From NCBI GenBank assembly GCA_964016885.1, contig OZ024741.1, positions 9,920,001 through 9,984,000 on the forward strand: DNA of 64,000 nucleotides, written 5' to 3'. Within the stretch, counting starts at the first letter, position 1; the number at the start of each line of letters is the position of its first letter. The notes below the pieces were generated by a model. The model was given only the letters and a program-made list of their open reading frames with translations. It was not told the DNA's origin and ran no database searches. Shown in pieces: positions 1 through 15,000 of this stretch. Both the position numbers and the translations under genes were made by a program. Origin of the DNA: Eledone cirrhosa. Lineage: Eukaryota.

Positions 1-3000
1 AGTATCTACTTTACTGTGGTAGATGTTATACCAACACTATAACACTAGGGGGAGCTATAGTAAATAGTATCTACTTTACTGTGGTAGATGTTATACCAAC
101 ACTATACCAATAGCGGGAGCTATATTCAATAGTATCTACTTTACTGTGGTAGATGTTATACCAACACTATACTACTAGAGGGTGCTACCGTCAATAGTAT
201 CTACTTTACTGTGGTAGATGTTATACCAATACTATACCACTAGAGGGAGCTACCGTCAATAGTATCTACTTTACTGTGGTAGATGTTAACCAACACTATA
301 CCACAAGAGGGAGCTATAGTCAATAGTATCTACTTTACTGTGGTAGATGTTATACCAACACTATACCACTAGAGGGAGCTATAGACAATAGTATCTACTT
401 TACTGTGGGAGATGTTATACCAACACTATACCACTAGAGGGAGCTATAGTCAATAGTATCTACTTTACTGTGGTAGATGTTATACCAACACTATACCACT
501 AGAGGGAGCTATAGTCAATAGTATCTACTTTACTGTGGGAGATGTTATACCAACACTATACCACTAGAGGGAGCTATAGACAATAGTATCTACTTTACTG
601 TGGTAGCTGTTATCCCAACACTATAACACTAGAGGGAGCTATAGTCAATAGTATCTATTTTACTGTGGTATATGTTATACCAACACTATACCACAAGAGG
701 GAGCTATAGTCAATAGTATCTACTTTACTGTGGTAGATGTTATACCAACACTATACCAATAGAGGGAGCTATAGTCAATAGTATCTACTTTACTATGGTA
801 GATGTTATACCAACACTATACCAACAGAGGGAGCTATAGTCAATAGTATCTACTTTACTGTGGTAGATGTTATACCAACACTATACCAACAGTGATGGCT
901 ATAGTCAATAGTATCTACTTTACTATGGTAGATGTTATACCAACACTATACCAACAGTGATGGCTATAGTCAATAGTATCTACTTTACTATGGTAGATGT
1001 TATACCAACACTATACCACTAGAGGGAGCTATAGTCAATAGTATCTACTTTACTCTGGTAGATGTTATACCAACACTATTCCAACAGAGGGAGCTATAGT
1101 CAATAGTATCTACTTTACTATGGTAGATGTTATACCAACACTACACCACTAGAGGGAGCTATAGTCAGTAGTGTCTACTTTACTGTGGTAGATGTTATAC
1201 CAACACTATACCAATAGAGGGAGCTATAGTCAATAGTATCTACTTTACTGTGGGAGATGTTATACCAACACTATACCAACAGTGATGGCTATAGTCAATA
1301 GTATCTACATTACTATGGTAGATGTTATACCAACACTATACCACAAGAGGGAGCTACCGTCATTAGTATCTACTTTACTGTGGTAGATGTTATACCAACA
1401 CTATACCAATAGAGGGAGCTATAGTCAATAGTATCTACTTTACTGTGGTAGATGTTATACCAACCCTATACCAATAGAGGGAGATATAGTCAATAGTATC
1501 TACTTTACTATGGTAGAGATGTTATACCAACACTATACCACTAGAGGCATCTATAGTCAATCGTATCTACTTTACTGTGGTAGATGTTCTACCAACACTA
1601 TACCACTAGGGGGAGCTGTAGTCAATAGTATCTACTTTACTGTGGTAGATGTTATACCAACACTATACTACTAGAGGGAGCTATAGTCAATAGTATCTAC
1701 TTTACTGTGGTAGATGTTATACCAACACTATACCAATAGAGGGAGCTATAGTCAATAGTCTCTACTTTACTGTGGTAGATGTTATACCAAATCTATACCA
1801 CAAGAGGTAGCTACCGTCAATAGTATCTACTTTACTGTGGTAGATGTTATACCAACACTTTACCGCAAGAGGTAGCTATAGTCAATAGTATCTACTTTAC
1901 TGTGGTATATGTTATACCAAAACTATACCACAAGAGGGAGCTATAGTCAATAGTATCTACTTTACTGTGGTAGATGTTATACCAACACTATACCACTAGA
2001 GGGAGCTATAGTCAATAGTATCTACTTTACTGTGGTAGATGTTATACCAACACTATACCAATAGAGGGAGCTATAGCCAATAGTATCTACTTTACTGTGG
2101 TAGATGTTATACCAACACTATACTACTAGAGGGAGTTATAGTCAATAGTATCTACTTTACTGTGGTAGATGTTATACCAACACTATACCAACAGAGGGAG
2201 CTATAGTCAATAGTATCTACTTTACTATGGTAGATGTTATACCAACACTATACCACTAGAGGGAGCTATAGTCAATAGTATCTGTTTTACTGAGGTAGAT
2301 GTTATACCAACACTATACCAATAGAGGGAGCCATAGTCAATAGTATCAACTTTACTATGGTAGATGTTATACCAACACTATACCAATAGAGGGAGCTATA
2401 GTCAATAGTATCTACTTTACTGTGGTAGATGTTATACCAACACTATACCACAAGAGGAAGCTATAGTCAATAGTATCTACTTTACTGTGGTAGATGTTAT
2501 ACCAACATTATACCACTAGAGGGAGCTATAGTCAATAATATCTACTTTACTGTGGTAGATGATATACCAACACTATACCAACAGAGGGAGCTATAGTCAA
2601 TAGTATCTCCTTTAGTGTGGTAGATGTTATACCAACACTATACCAACAGAGGGAGCTATAGTCAATAGTCTCTACTTTACTGTGGTATATGTTATACCAA
2701 CACTATACCACTAGAGGGAGCTATAGTCAATAGTATCTACTTTACTGTGGTAGATGTTATACCAACACTATACCAATAGAGGGAGCTATAGTCAATAGTA
2801 TCTACTTTACTATGGTAGATGTTATACCAACACGATACCACTAGAGGGAGCTATAGTCAATAGTATCTACTTTACTGTGGTAGATGTTAACCAACACTAT
2901 ACCACAAGAGGGAGCTATAGTCAATAGTATCTACTTTACTGTGGTAGATGTTATACCAACACTATACCACTAGAGGGAGCTATAGACAATAGTATCTACT

Positions 3001-6000
3001 TTACTGTGGGAGATGTTATACCAACACTATACCACTAGAGGGAGCTATAGTCAATAGTATCTACTTTACTGTGGTAGATGTTATACCAACACTATACCAC
3101 TAGAGGGCGCTATAGTCAATAGTATCTACTTTACTGTGGTAGATGTTATACCAACACTATACAACTAGAGGGAGCTATAGTCAATAGTATCTACTTTACT
3201 GTGGTAGATGTTATACCAACACTATACCACTAGAGGGAGCTATAGTCAATACTATCTACTTTACTGTGGGAGATGTTATACCAACACTATACCACTAGAG
3301 GGAGCTATAGTCAATGGTATCTACTTTACTGTGGTAGATGTTATACCAACACTATACCACTAGAGGGAGCTATAGTCAATAGTATCTACTTTACTGTGGT
3401 AGATGTTATACCAACACTATACCACTAGAGGGAGCTATAGTCAATAGTATCTACTTTACTGTGGGAGATGTTATACCAACACTATACCACTAGAGGGAGC
3501 TATAGTCAATAGTATCTACTTTACTGTGGTAGCTGTTATCCCAACACTATAACACTAGAGGGAGCTATAGTCAATAGTATCTATTTTACTGTGGTATATG
3601 TTATACCAACACTATACCACAAGAGGGGGCTATAGTCAATAGTATCTACTTTACTGTGGTAGATGTTATACCAACACTATACCAATAGAGGGAGCTATAG
3701 TCAATAGTATCTACTTTACTATGGTAGATGTTATACCAACACTATACCAACAGAGGGAGCTATAGTCAATAGTATCTACTTTACTGTGGTAGATGTTATA
3801 CCAACACTATACCAACAGTGATGGCTATAGTCAATAGTATCTACTTTACTATGGTAGATGTTATACCAACACTATACCAACAGTGATGGCTATAGTCAAT
3901 AGTATCTACTTTACTATGGTAGATGTTATACCAACACTACACCACTAGAGGGAGCTATAGTCAATAGTATCTACTTTACTATGGTAGATGTTATACCAAC
4001 ACTATACCACTAGAGGGAGCTATAGTCAATAGTATCTACTTTACTCTGGTAGATGTTATACCAACACTATTCCAACAGAGGGAGCTATAGTCAATAGTAT
4101 CTACTTTACTATGGTAGATGTTATACCAACACTACACCACTAGAGGGAGCTATAGTCAATAGTGTCTACTTTACTGTGGTAGATGTTATACCAACACTAT
4201 ACCAATAGAGGGAGCTATAGTCAATAGTATCTACTTTACTGTGGTAGATGTTATACCAACACTATACCAACAGTGATGGCTATAGTCAATAGTATCTACA
4301 TTACTATGGTAGATGTTATACCAACACTATACCACAAGAGGGAGCTACCGTCATTAGTATCTACTTTACTGTGGTAGATGTTATACCAACACTATACCAA
4401 TAGAGGGAGCTATAGTCAATAGTATCTACTTTACTGTGGTAGATGTTATACCAACCCTATACCAATAGAGGGAGATATAGTCAATAGTATCTACTTTACT
4501 ATGGTAGAGATGTTATACCAACACTATACCACTAGAGGCATCTATAGTCAATCGTATCTACTTTACTGTGGTAGATGTTCTACCAACACTATACCACTAG
4601 GGGGAGCTGTAGTCAATAGTATCTACTTTACTGTGGTAGATGTTATACCAACACTATACTACTAGAGGGAGCTATAGTCAATAGTATCTACTTTACTGTG
4701 GTAGATGTTATACCAACACTATACCAATAGAGGGAGCTATAGTCAATAGTCTCTACTTTACTGTGGTAGATGTTATACCAAATCTATACCACAAGAGGTA
4801 GCTACCGTCAATAGTATCTACTTTACTGTGGTAGATGTTATACCAACACTTTACCGCAAGAGGTAGCTATAGTCAATAGTATCTACTTTACTGTGGTATA
4901 TGTTATACCAAAACTATACCACAAGAGGGAGCTATAGTCAATAGTATCTACTTTACTGTGGTAGATGTTATACCAACACTATACCACTAGAGGGAGCTAT
5001 AGTCAATAGTATCTACTTTACTGTGGTAGATGTTATACCAACACTATACCAATAGAGGGAGCTATAGTCAATAGTATCTACTTTACTGTGGTAGATGTTA
5101 TACCAACACTATACTACTAGAGGGAGTTATAGTCAATAGTATCTACTTTACTGTGGTAGAAGTTATACCAACACTATACCAACAGAGGGAGCTATAGTCA
5201 ATAGTATCTACTTTACTATGGTAGATGTTATACCAACACTATACCACTAGAGGGAGCTATAGTCAATAGTATCTGTTTTACTGAGGTAGATGTTATACCA
5301 ACACTATACCAATAGAGGGAGCCATAGTCAATAGTATCAACTTTACTATGGTAGATGTTATACCAACACTATACCAATAGAGGGAGCTATAGTCAATAGT
5401 ATCTACTTTACTGTGGTAGATGTTATACCAACACTATACCATAAGAGGAAGCTATAGTCAATAGTATCTACTTTACTGTGGTAGATGTTATACCAACACT
5501 ATACCAACAGAGGGAGCTATAGTCAATAGTATCTACTTTAGTATGGTAGATGTTATACCAACACTATACCAACACTATAGTCAATAGTATCTACTTTACT
5601 GTGGTAGATGTTATACCAACACTATAACACTAGGGGGAGCTATAGTAAATAGTATCTACTTTACTGTGGTAGATGTTATACCAACACTATACCAATAGCG
5701 GGAGCTATATTCAATAGTATCTACTTTACTGTGGTAGATGTTATACCAACACTATACTACTAGAGGGTGCTACCGTCAATAGTATCTACTTTACTGTGGT
5801 AGATGTTATACCAATACTATTCCACTAGAGGGAGCTACCGTCAATAGTATCTACTTTACTGTGGTAGATGTTAACCAACACTATACCACAAGAGGGAGCT
5901 ATAGTCAATAGTATCTACTTTACTGTGGTAGATGTTATACCAACACTATACCACTAGAGGGAGCTATAGACAATAGTATCTTCTTTACTGTGGGAGATGT

Positions 6001-9000
6001 TATACCAACACTATACGACTAGAGGGAGCTATAGTCAATAGTATCTACTTTACTGTGGTAGATGTTATACCAACACTATACCACTAGAGGGAGCTATAGT
6101 CAATAGTATCTACTTTACTGTGGTAGATGTTATACCAACACTATACAACTAGAGGGAGCTATAGTCAATAGTATCTACTTTACTGTGGTAGATGTTATAC
6201 CAACACTATACCACTAGAGGGAGCTATAGTCAATACTATCTACTTTACTGTGGGAGATGTTATACCAACACTATACCACTAGAGGGAGCTATAGTCAATG
6301 GTATCTACTTTACTGTGGTAGATGTTATACCAACACTATACCACTAGAGGGAGCTATAGTCAATAGTATCTACTTTACTGTGGTAGATGTTATACCAACA
6401 CTATACCACTAGAGGGAGCTATAGTCAATAGTATCTACTTTACTGTGGGAGATGTTATACCAACACTATACCACTAGAGGGAGCTATAGTCAATAGTATC
6501 TACTTTACTGTGGTAGCTGTTATCCCAACACTATAACACTAGAGGGAGCTATAGTCAATAGTATCTATTTTACTGTGGTATATGTTATACCAACACTATA
6601 CCACAAGAGGGAGCTATAGTCAATAGTATCTACTTTACTGTGGTAGATGTTATACCAACACTATACCAATAGAGGGAGCTATAGTCAATAGTATCTACTT
6701 TACTATGGTAGATGTTATACCAACACTATACCAACAGAGGAAGCTATAGTCAATAGTATCTACTTTACTGTGGTAGATGTTATACCAACACTATACCAAC
6801 AGTGATGGCTATAGTCAATAGTATCTACTTTACTATGGTAGATGTTATACCAACACTATACCAACAGTGATGGCTATAGTCAATAGTATCTACTTTACTA
6901 TGGTAGATGTTATACCAACACTATACCACTAGAGGGAGCTATAGTCAATAGTCTCTACTTTACTATGGTAGATGTTATACCAACACTATACCACTAGAGG
7001 GAGCTATAGTCAATAGTATCTACTTTACTGTGGTAGATGTTATACCAACACTATACCACTAGAGGGAGCTATAGTCAATAGTATCTACTTTACTGTGGTA
7101 GATGTTATAACAACACTATACCACTAGAGGGAGCTATAGTCAATAGTATCTACTTTACTCTGGTAGATGTTATACCAACACTATACCAACAGAGGGAGCT
7201 ATAGTCAATAGTCTCTACTTTACTATGGTAGATGTTATACCAACACTATACCAATAGAGGGAGCTATAGTCAATAGTATCTACTTTACTGTGGTAGATGT
7301 TATACCAACACTATACCAACAGAGGGAGCTATAGTCAATAGTCTCTACTTTACTATGGTAGATGTTATACCAACACTATACCAATAGAGGGAGCTATAGT
7401 CAATAGTATCTACTTTACTGTGGTAGATGTTATACCAACACTATACCAACAGAGGGAGCTATAGTCAATAGTCTCTACTTTACTATGGTAGATGTTATAC
7501 CAACACTATACCAATAGAGGGAGCTATAGTCAATAGTATCTACTTTACTGTGGTAGATGTTATACCAACACTATACCAACAGAGGGAGCTATAGTCAATA
7601 GTCTCTACTTTACTATGGTAGATGTTATACCAACACTATACCAATAGAGGGAGCTATAGTCAATAGTATCTACTTTACTATGGTAGATGTTATACCAACA
7701 CTATACCAATAGAGGGAGCTATAGTCAATAGTATCTACTTTACTGTGGTAGATGTTATACCAACACTATACCAACAGAGGGAGCTATAGTCAATAGTCTC
7801 TACTTTACTATGGTAGATGTTATACCAACACTATACCAATAGAGGGAGCTATAGTCAATAGTATCTACTTTACTATGGTAGATGTTATACCAACACTATA
7901 CCAATAGAGGGAGCTATAGTCAATAGTATCTACTTTACTGTGGTAGATGTTATACCAACACTATACCAACAGAGGGAGCTATAGTCAATAGTCTCTACTT
8001 TACTATGGTAGATGTTATACCAACACTATACCAACAGAGGGAGCTATAGTCAATAGTCTCTACTTTACTATGGTAGATGTTATACCAACACTATACCAAT
8101 AGAGGGAGCTATAGTCAATAGTATCTACTTTACTGTGGTAGATGTTATACCAACACTATACCAACAGAGGGAGCTATAGTCAATAGTCTCTACTTTACTA
8201 TGGTAGATGTTATACCAACACTATACCAATAGAGGGAGCTATAGTCAATAGTATCTACTTTACTGTGGTAGATGTTATACCAACACTATACCAACAGAGG
8301 GAGCTATAGTCAATAGTCTCTACTTTACTATGGTAGATGTTATACCAACACTATACCAATAGAGGGAGCTATAGTCAATAGTATCTACTTTACTCTGGTA
8401 GATGTTATACCAACACTATACCAACAGAGGGAGCTATAGTCAATAGTCTCTACTTTACTATGGTAGATGTTATACCAACACTATACCAATAGAGGGAGCT
8501 ATAGTCAATAGTATCTACTTTACTCTGGTAGATGTTATACCAACACTATACCAACAGAGGGAGCTATAGTCAATAGTCTCTACTTTACTATGGTAGATGT
8601 TATACCAACACTATACCAATAGAGGGAGCTATAGTCAATAGTATCTACTTTACTGTGGTAGATGTTATACCAACACTATTCAAACAGAGGGAGCTATAGT
8701 CAATAGTATCTACTTTACTGTGGTAGATGTTATACCAACACTATTCCAACAGAGGGAGCTATAGTCAATAGTATCTACTTTACTATGGTAGATGTTATAC
8801 CAACACTATACCAATAGAGGGAGCTATAGTCAATAGTATCTACTTTACTGTGGTAGATGTTATACCAACACTATACCAATAGAGGGAGCTATAGTCAATA
8901 GTATCTACTTTACTCTGGTAGATGTTATACCAACACTATACCAACAGAGGGAGCTATAGTCAATAGTATCTACTTTACTGTGGTAGATGTTATAACAACA

Positions 9001-12000
9001 CTATACCAATAGAGGGAGCTATAGTCAATAGTCTCTACTTTACTGTGGTAGATGTTATACCAACACTATACCAATAGAGGGAGCTATAGTCAATAGTATC
9101 TACTTTACTCTGGTAGATGTTATACCAACACTATAACACTAGAGGGAGCTATAGTCAATAGTATCTACTTTACTCTGGTAGATGTTATACCAACACTATA
9201 CCAACAGAGGGAGCTATAGTCAATAGTCTCTACTTTACTGTGGTAGATGTTATACCAACACTATACCAACAGAGGGAGCTATAGTCAATAGTATCTACTT
9301 TACTGTGGTAGATGTTATAACAACACTATACCAATAGAGGGAGCTATAGTCAATAGTCTCTACTTTACTGTGGTAGATGTTATACCAACACTATACCAAT
9401 AGAGGGAGCTATAGTCAATAGTATCTACTTTACTCTGGTAGATGTTATACCAACACTATAACACTAGAGGGAGCTATAGTCAATAGTATCTACTTTACTC
9501 TGGTAGATGTTATACCAACACTATACCAACAGAGGGAGCTATAGTCAATAGTCTCTACTTTACTGTGGTAGATGTTATACCAACACTATACCAACAGAGG
9601 GAGCTATAGTCAATAGTATCTACTTTACTGTGGTAGATGTTATACCAACACTATACCAACAGAGGGAGCTATAGTCAATAGTATCTACTTTACTATGGTA
9701 TATATTATACCACCACTACACCACTAGAGGGAGCTATAGTCAATAGTATCTACTTTACTGTGGTAGATGTTATACCAACAGTATACCAATAGAGGGAGCT
9801 ATAGTCAATGGTATCCACTTTACTGTGGTAGATGTTATACCAACACTATACCAATAGAGGGAGCTATAGTCAATAGTCTCTACTTTACTGTGGTAGATGT
9901 TATACCAACACTATACCAATAGAGGGAGCTATAGTCAATAGTATCTACTTTACTGAGGTAGATGTTATACCAACACTATACCAACAGAGGGAGCTATAGT
10001 CAATAGTATCTACTTTACTGTGGTAGATGTTATAACAACACTATACCAACAGTGATGGCTATAGTCAATAGTATCTACTTTACTATGGTAGAAGTTATAC
10101 CAACACTATACCAACAGAGGGAGCTATAGTCAATAGTATCTACTTTACTGAGGTAGATGTTATACCAACACTATACCAACAGAGGGAGCTATAGTCAATA
10201 GTATCTACTTTACTATGGTATATATTATACCAACACTATACCAACAGAGGGAGCTATAGTCAATAGTATCTACTTTACTGAGGTAGATGTTATACCAACA
10301 CTATACCAACAGAGGGAGCTATAGTCAATAGTATCTACTTTACTATGGTATATATTATACCAACACTATACCAACAGAGGGAGCTATAGTCAATAGTATC
10401 TACTTTACTGAGGTAGATGTTATACCAACACTATACCAACAGAGGGAGCTATAGTCAATAGTATCTACTTTACTATGGTATATATTATACCAACACTATA
10501 CCAACAGAGGGAGCTATAGTCAATAGTATCTACTTTACTGAGGTAGATGTTATACCAACACTATACCAACAGAGGGAGCTATAGTCAATAGTATCTACTT
10601 TACTATGGTATATATTATACCAACACTATACCAACAGAGGGAGCTATAGTCAATAGTATCTACTTTACTGAGGTAGATGTTATACCAACACTATACCAAC
10701 AGAGGGAGCTATAGTCAATAGTATCTACTTTACTGTGGTAGATGTTATAACAACACTATACCAATAGAGGGAGCTATAGTCAATAGTATCTACTTTACTG
10801 AGGTAGATGTTATACCAACACTATACCACTAGAGGGAGCTATAGTCAATAGTATCTACTTTACTGAGGTAGATGTTATACCAACACTATACCACTAGAGG
10901 GAGCTATAGTCAATAGTATCTACTTTACTGAGGTAGATGTTATACCAACACTATACCAACAGAGGGAGCTATAGTCAATAGTATCTACTTTAGTATGGTA
11001 GATGTTATACCAACACTATACCAACACTATAGTCAATAGTATCTACTTTACTGTGGTAGATGTTATACCAACACTATACCAATAGAGGGAGCTATAGTCA
11101 ATAGTGTCTACTTTACTGTGGTAGATGTTATACCAAATCTATACCACAAGAGGTAGCTACCGTCAATAGTATCTACTTTACTGTGGTAGATGTTATACCA
11201 ACACTTTACCGCAAGAGGTAGCTATAGTCAATAGTATCTACTTTACTGTGGTATATGTTATACCAAAACTATACCACAAGAGGGAGCTATAGTCAATAGT
11301 ATCTACTTTACTGTGGTAGATGTTATACCAACACTATACCACTAGAGGGAGCCATAGTCAATAGTATCTACTTTACTGTGGTAGATGTTATACCAACACT
11401 ATACTACTAGAGAGAGTTATAGTCAATAGTATCTACTTTACTGTGGTAGATGTTATACCAACACTATACCAACAGAGGGAGCTATAGTCAATAGTATCTA
11501 CTTTACTATGGTAGATGTTATACCAACACTATACCACTAGAGGGAGCTATAGTCAATAGTATCTGTTTTACTGAGGTAGATGTTATACCAACACTATACC
11601 AATAGAGGGAGCTATATTCAATAGTATCTACTTTACTGTGGTAGATGTTATACCAACACTATACCAATAGAGGGAGCTATAGTCAATAGTATCTACTTTA
11701 GTGTGGTAGATGTTATACCAACACTATACCAATAGAGGGAGCCATAGTCAATAGTATCAACTTTACTATGGTAGATGTTATACCAACACTATACCAATAG
11801 AGGGAGCTATAGTCAATAGTATCTATTTTTACTGTGGTAGATGTTATACCAACACTATACCACAAGAGGAAGCTATAGTCAATAGTATCTACTTTACTGT
11901 GGTAGATGTTATACCAACATTAAACCACTAGAGGGAGCTATAGTCAATAATATCTACTTTACTGTGGTAGATGATATACCAACACTATACCAACAGAGGG

Positions 12001-15000
12001 AGCTATAGTCAATAGTATCTCCTTTAGTGTGGTAGATGTTATACCAACACTATACCAACAGAGGGAGCTATAGTCAATAGTCTCTACTTTACTCTGGTAG
12101 ATGTTATACCAACACTATACCAGCAGAGGGAGCTATAGTCAATAGTATCTATTTTACTGTGGTAGATGTTATACCAACACTATACCAACAGAGGGAGCTA
12201 TAGTCAATAGTATCTACTTTAGTATGGTAGATGGTATACCAACACTATACCAACACTATAGTCAATAGTATCTACTTTACTGTGGTAGATGTTATACCAG
12301 CACTATAACACTAGGGGGAGCTATAGTAAATAGTATCTACTTTACTGTGGTAGATGTTATACCAACACTATACCAATAGCGGGAGCTATATTCAATAGTA
12401 TCTACTTTACTGTGGTAGATGTTATACCAACACTATACTACTAGAGGGTGCTACCGTCAATTGTATCTACTTTACTGTGGTAGATGTTATACCAATACTA
12501 TACCACTAGAGGGAGCTACCGTCAATAGTATCTACTTTACTGTGGTAGATGTTAACCAACACTATACCACAAGAGGGAGCTACCGTCAATAGTATCTACT
12601 TTACTGTGGTAGATGTTATATCAACACTATACAACTGGAGGGAGCTATAGTCAATATTATCTACTTTACTGTGGTAGATGTTATACCAACACTATACCAC
12701 TAGAGGGAGCTATAGACAATAGTATCTACTTTACTGTGGGAGATGTTATACCAACACTATACCACTAGAGGGAGCTATAGTCAATAGTATCTACTTTACT
12801 GTGGTAGATGTTATACCAACACTATACCACTAGAGGGAGCTATAGTCAATAGTATCTACTTTACTGTGGTAGATGTTATACCAACACTATACCACTAGAG
12901 GGAGCTATAGTCAATAGTATCTACTTTACTGTGGTAGATGTTATACCAACACTATACCACTAGAGGGAGCTATAGTCAATAGTATCTATTTACTATGGTA
13001 GATGTTATACCAACACTATACCAACAGTGATGGCTATAGTCAATAGTATCTACTTTACTATGGTAGATGTTATGCCAACACTATACCAATAGATGGAGCT
13101 ATAGTCAATACTATCTACTTTACTGTGGTAGATGTTATACCAATACTATACCACAAGAGGGAGCTATAGTCAATAGTATCTACTTTACTGTGGTAGATGT
13201 TATACCAACACTATACCACTAGAGGGAGCTATAGTCAATAGTATCTACTTTACTGTGGTAGCTGTTATCCCAACACTATAACACTAGAGGGAGCTATAGT
13301 CAATAGTATCTATTTTACTGTGGTATATGTTATACCAACACTATACCACAAGAGGGAGCTATAGTTAATAGTATCTACTTTACTGTGGTAGACGTTATAC
13401 CAACACTATACCAATAGAGGGAGCTATAGTCAATAGTATCTACTTTACTATGGTAGATGTTATACCAACACTATACCAACAGAGGGAGCTATAGTCAATA
13501 GTATCTACTTTACTGTGGTAGATGTTATACCAACACTATACCAGCAGTGATGGCTATAGTCAATAGTATCTACTTTACTATGGTAGATGTTATACCAACA
13601 CTATACCAACAGTGATGGCTATAGTCAATAGTATCTACTTTACTATGGTAGATGTTATACCAACACTATACCACTAGAGGGAGCTATAGTCAATAGTATC
13701 TACTTTACTCTGGTAGATGTTATACCAACACTATTCCAACAGAGGGAGCTATAGTCAATAGTATCTACTTTACTATGGTAGATGTTATACCAACACTATA
13801 CCAATAGAGGGAGCTATAGTCAATAGTATCTACTTTACTGTGGTAGATGTTATACCAACACTATTCAAACAGAGGGAGCTATAGTCAATAGTATCTACTT
13901 TACTATGGTAGATGTTATACCAACACTATACCAACAGAGGGAGCTATAGTCAATAGTATCTACTTTACTGTGGTAGATGTTATACCAACACTATTCAAAC
14001 AGAGGGAGCTATAGTCAATAGTATCTACTTTACTATGGTAGATGTTATACCAACACTATACCAACAGAGGGAGCTATAGTCAATAGTATCTACTTTACTG
14101 AGGTAGATGTTATACCAAAACTATACCAACAGAGGGAGCTATAGTCAATAGTATCTACTTTAGTATGGTAGATGTTATACCAACACTATACCAACACTAT
14201 AGTCAATAGTATCTACTTTACTGTGGTAGATGTGATACCAACACTATACCAATAGCGGGAGCTATATTCAATAGTATCTACTTTACTGTGGTAGATGTTA
14301 TACCAAAACTATACTACTAAAGGGTGCTACCGTCAATAGTATCTACTTTGCTGTGGTAGATGTTATACCAATACTATACCACTAGAGGGAGCTACCGTCA
14401 ATAGTATCTACTTTACTGTGGTAGATGTTAACCAACACTATACCACAAGAGGGAGCTACCGTCAATAGTATCTACTTTACTGTGGTAGATGTTATATCAA
14501 CACTATACTACTGGAGGGAGCTATAGTCAATAGTATCTACTTTACTGTGGTAGATGTTATACCAACACTATACCACAAGAGGGAGCTACCGTCAATAGTA
14601 TCTACTTTACTATGGTAGATGTTATACCAACACTATACCACTAGAGGGAGCTATAGACAATAGTATCTACTTTACTGTGGGAGATGTTATACCAACACTA
14701 TACCACTAGAGGGAGCTATAGTCAATAGTATCTAATTTACTATGGTAGATGTTATACCAACACTATACCACTAGAGGGAGCTATAGTCAATAGTATCTAC
14801 TTTACTGTGGTAGATGTTATACCAACACTATACCACTAGAAGGAGCTATAGTCAATAGTATCTACTTTACTGTGGTAGATGTTATACCAACACTATACCA
14901 CTAGAGGGAGCTATAGTCAATAGTATCTACTTTACTGTGGGAGATGTTATACCAACACTATACCACTAGAGGGAGCTATAGTCAATAGTATCTACTTTAC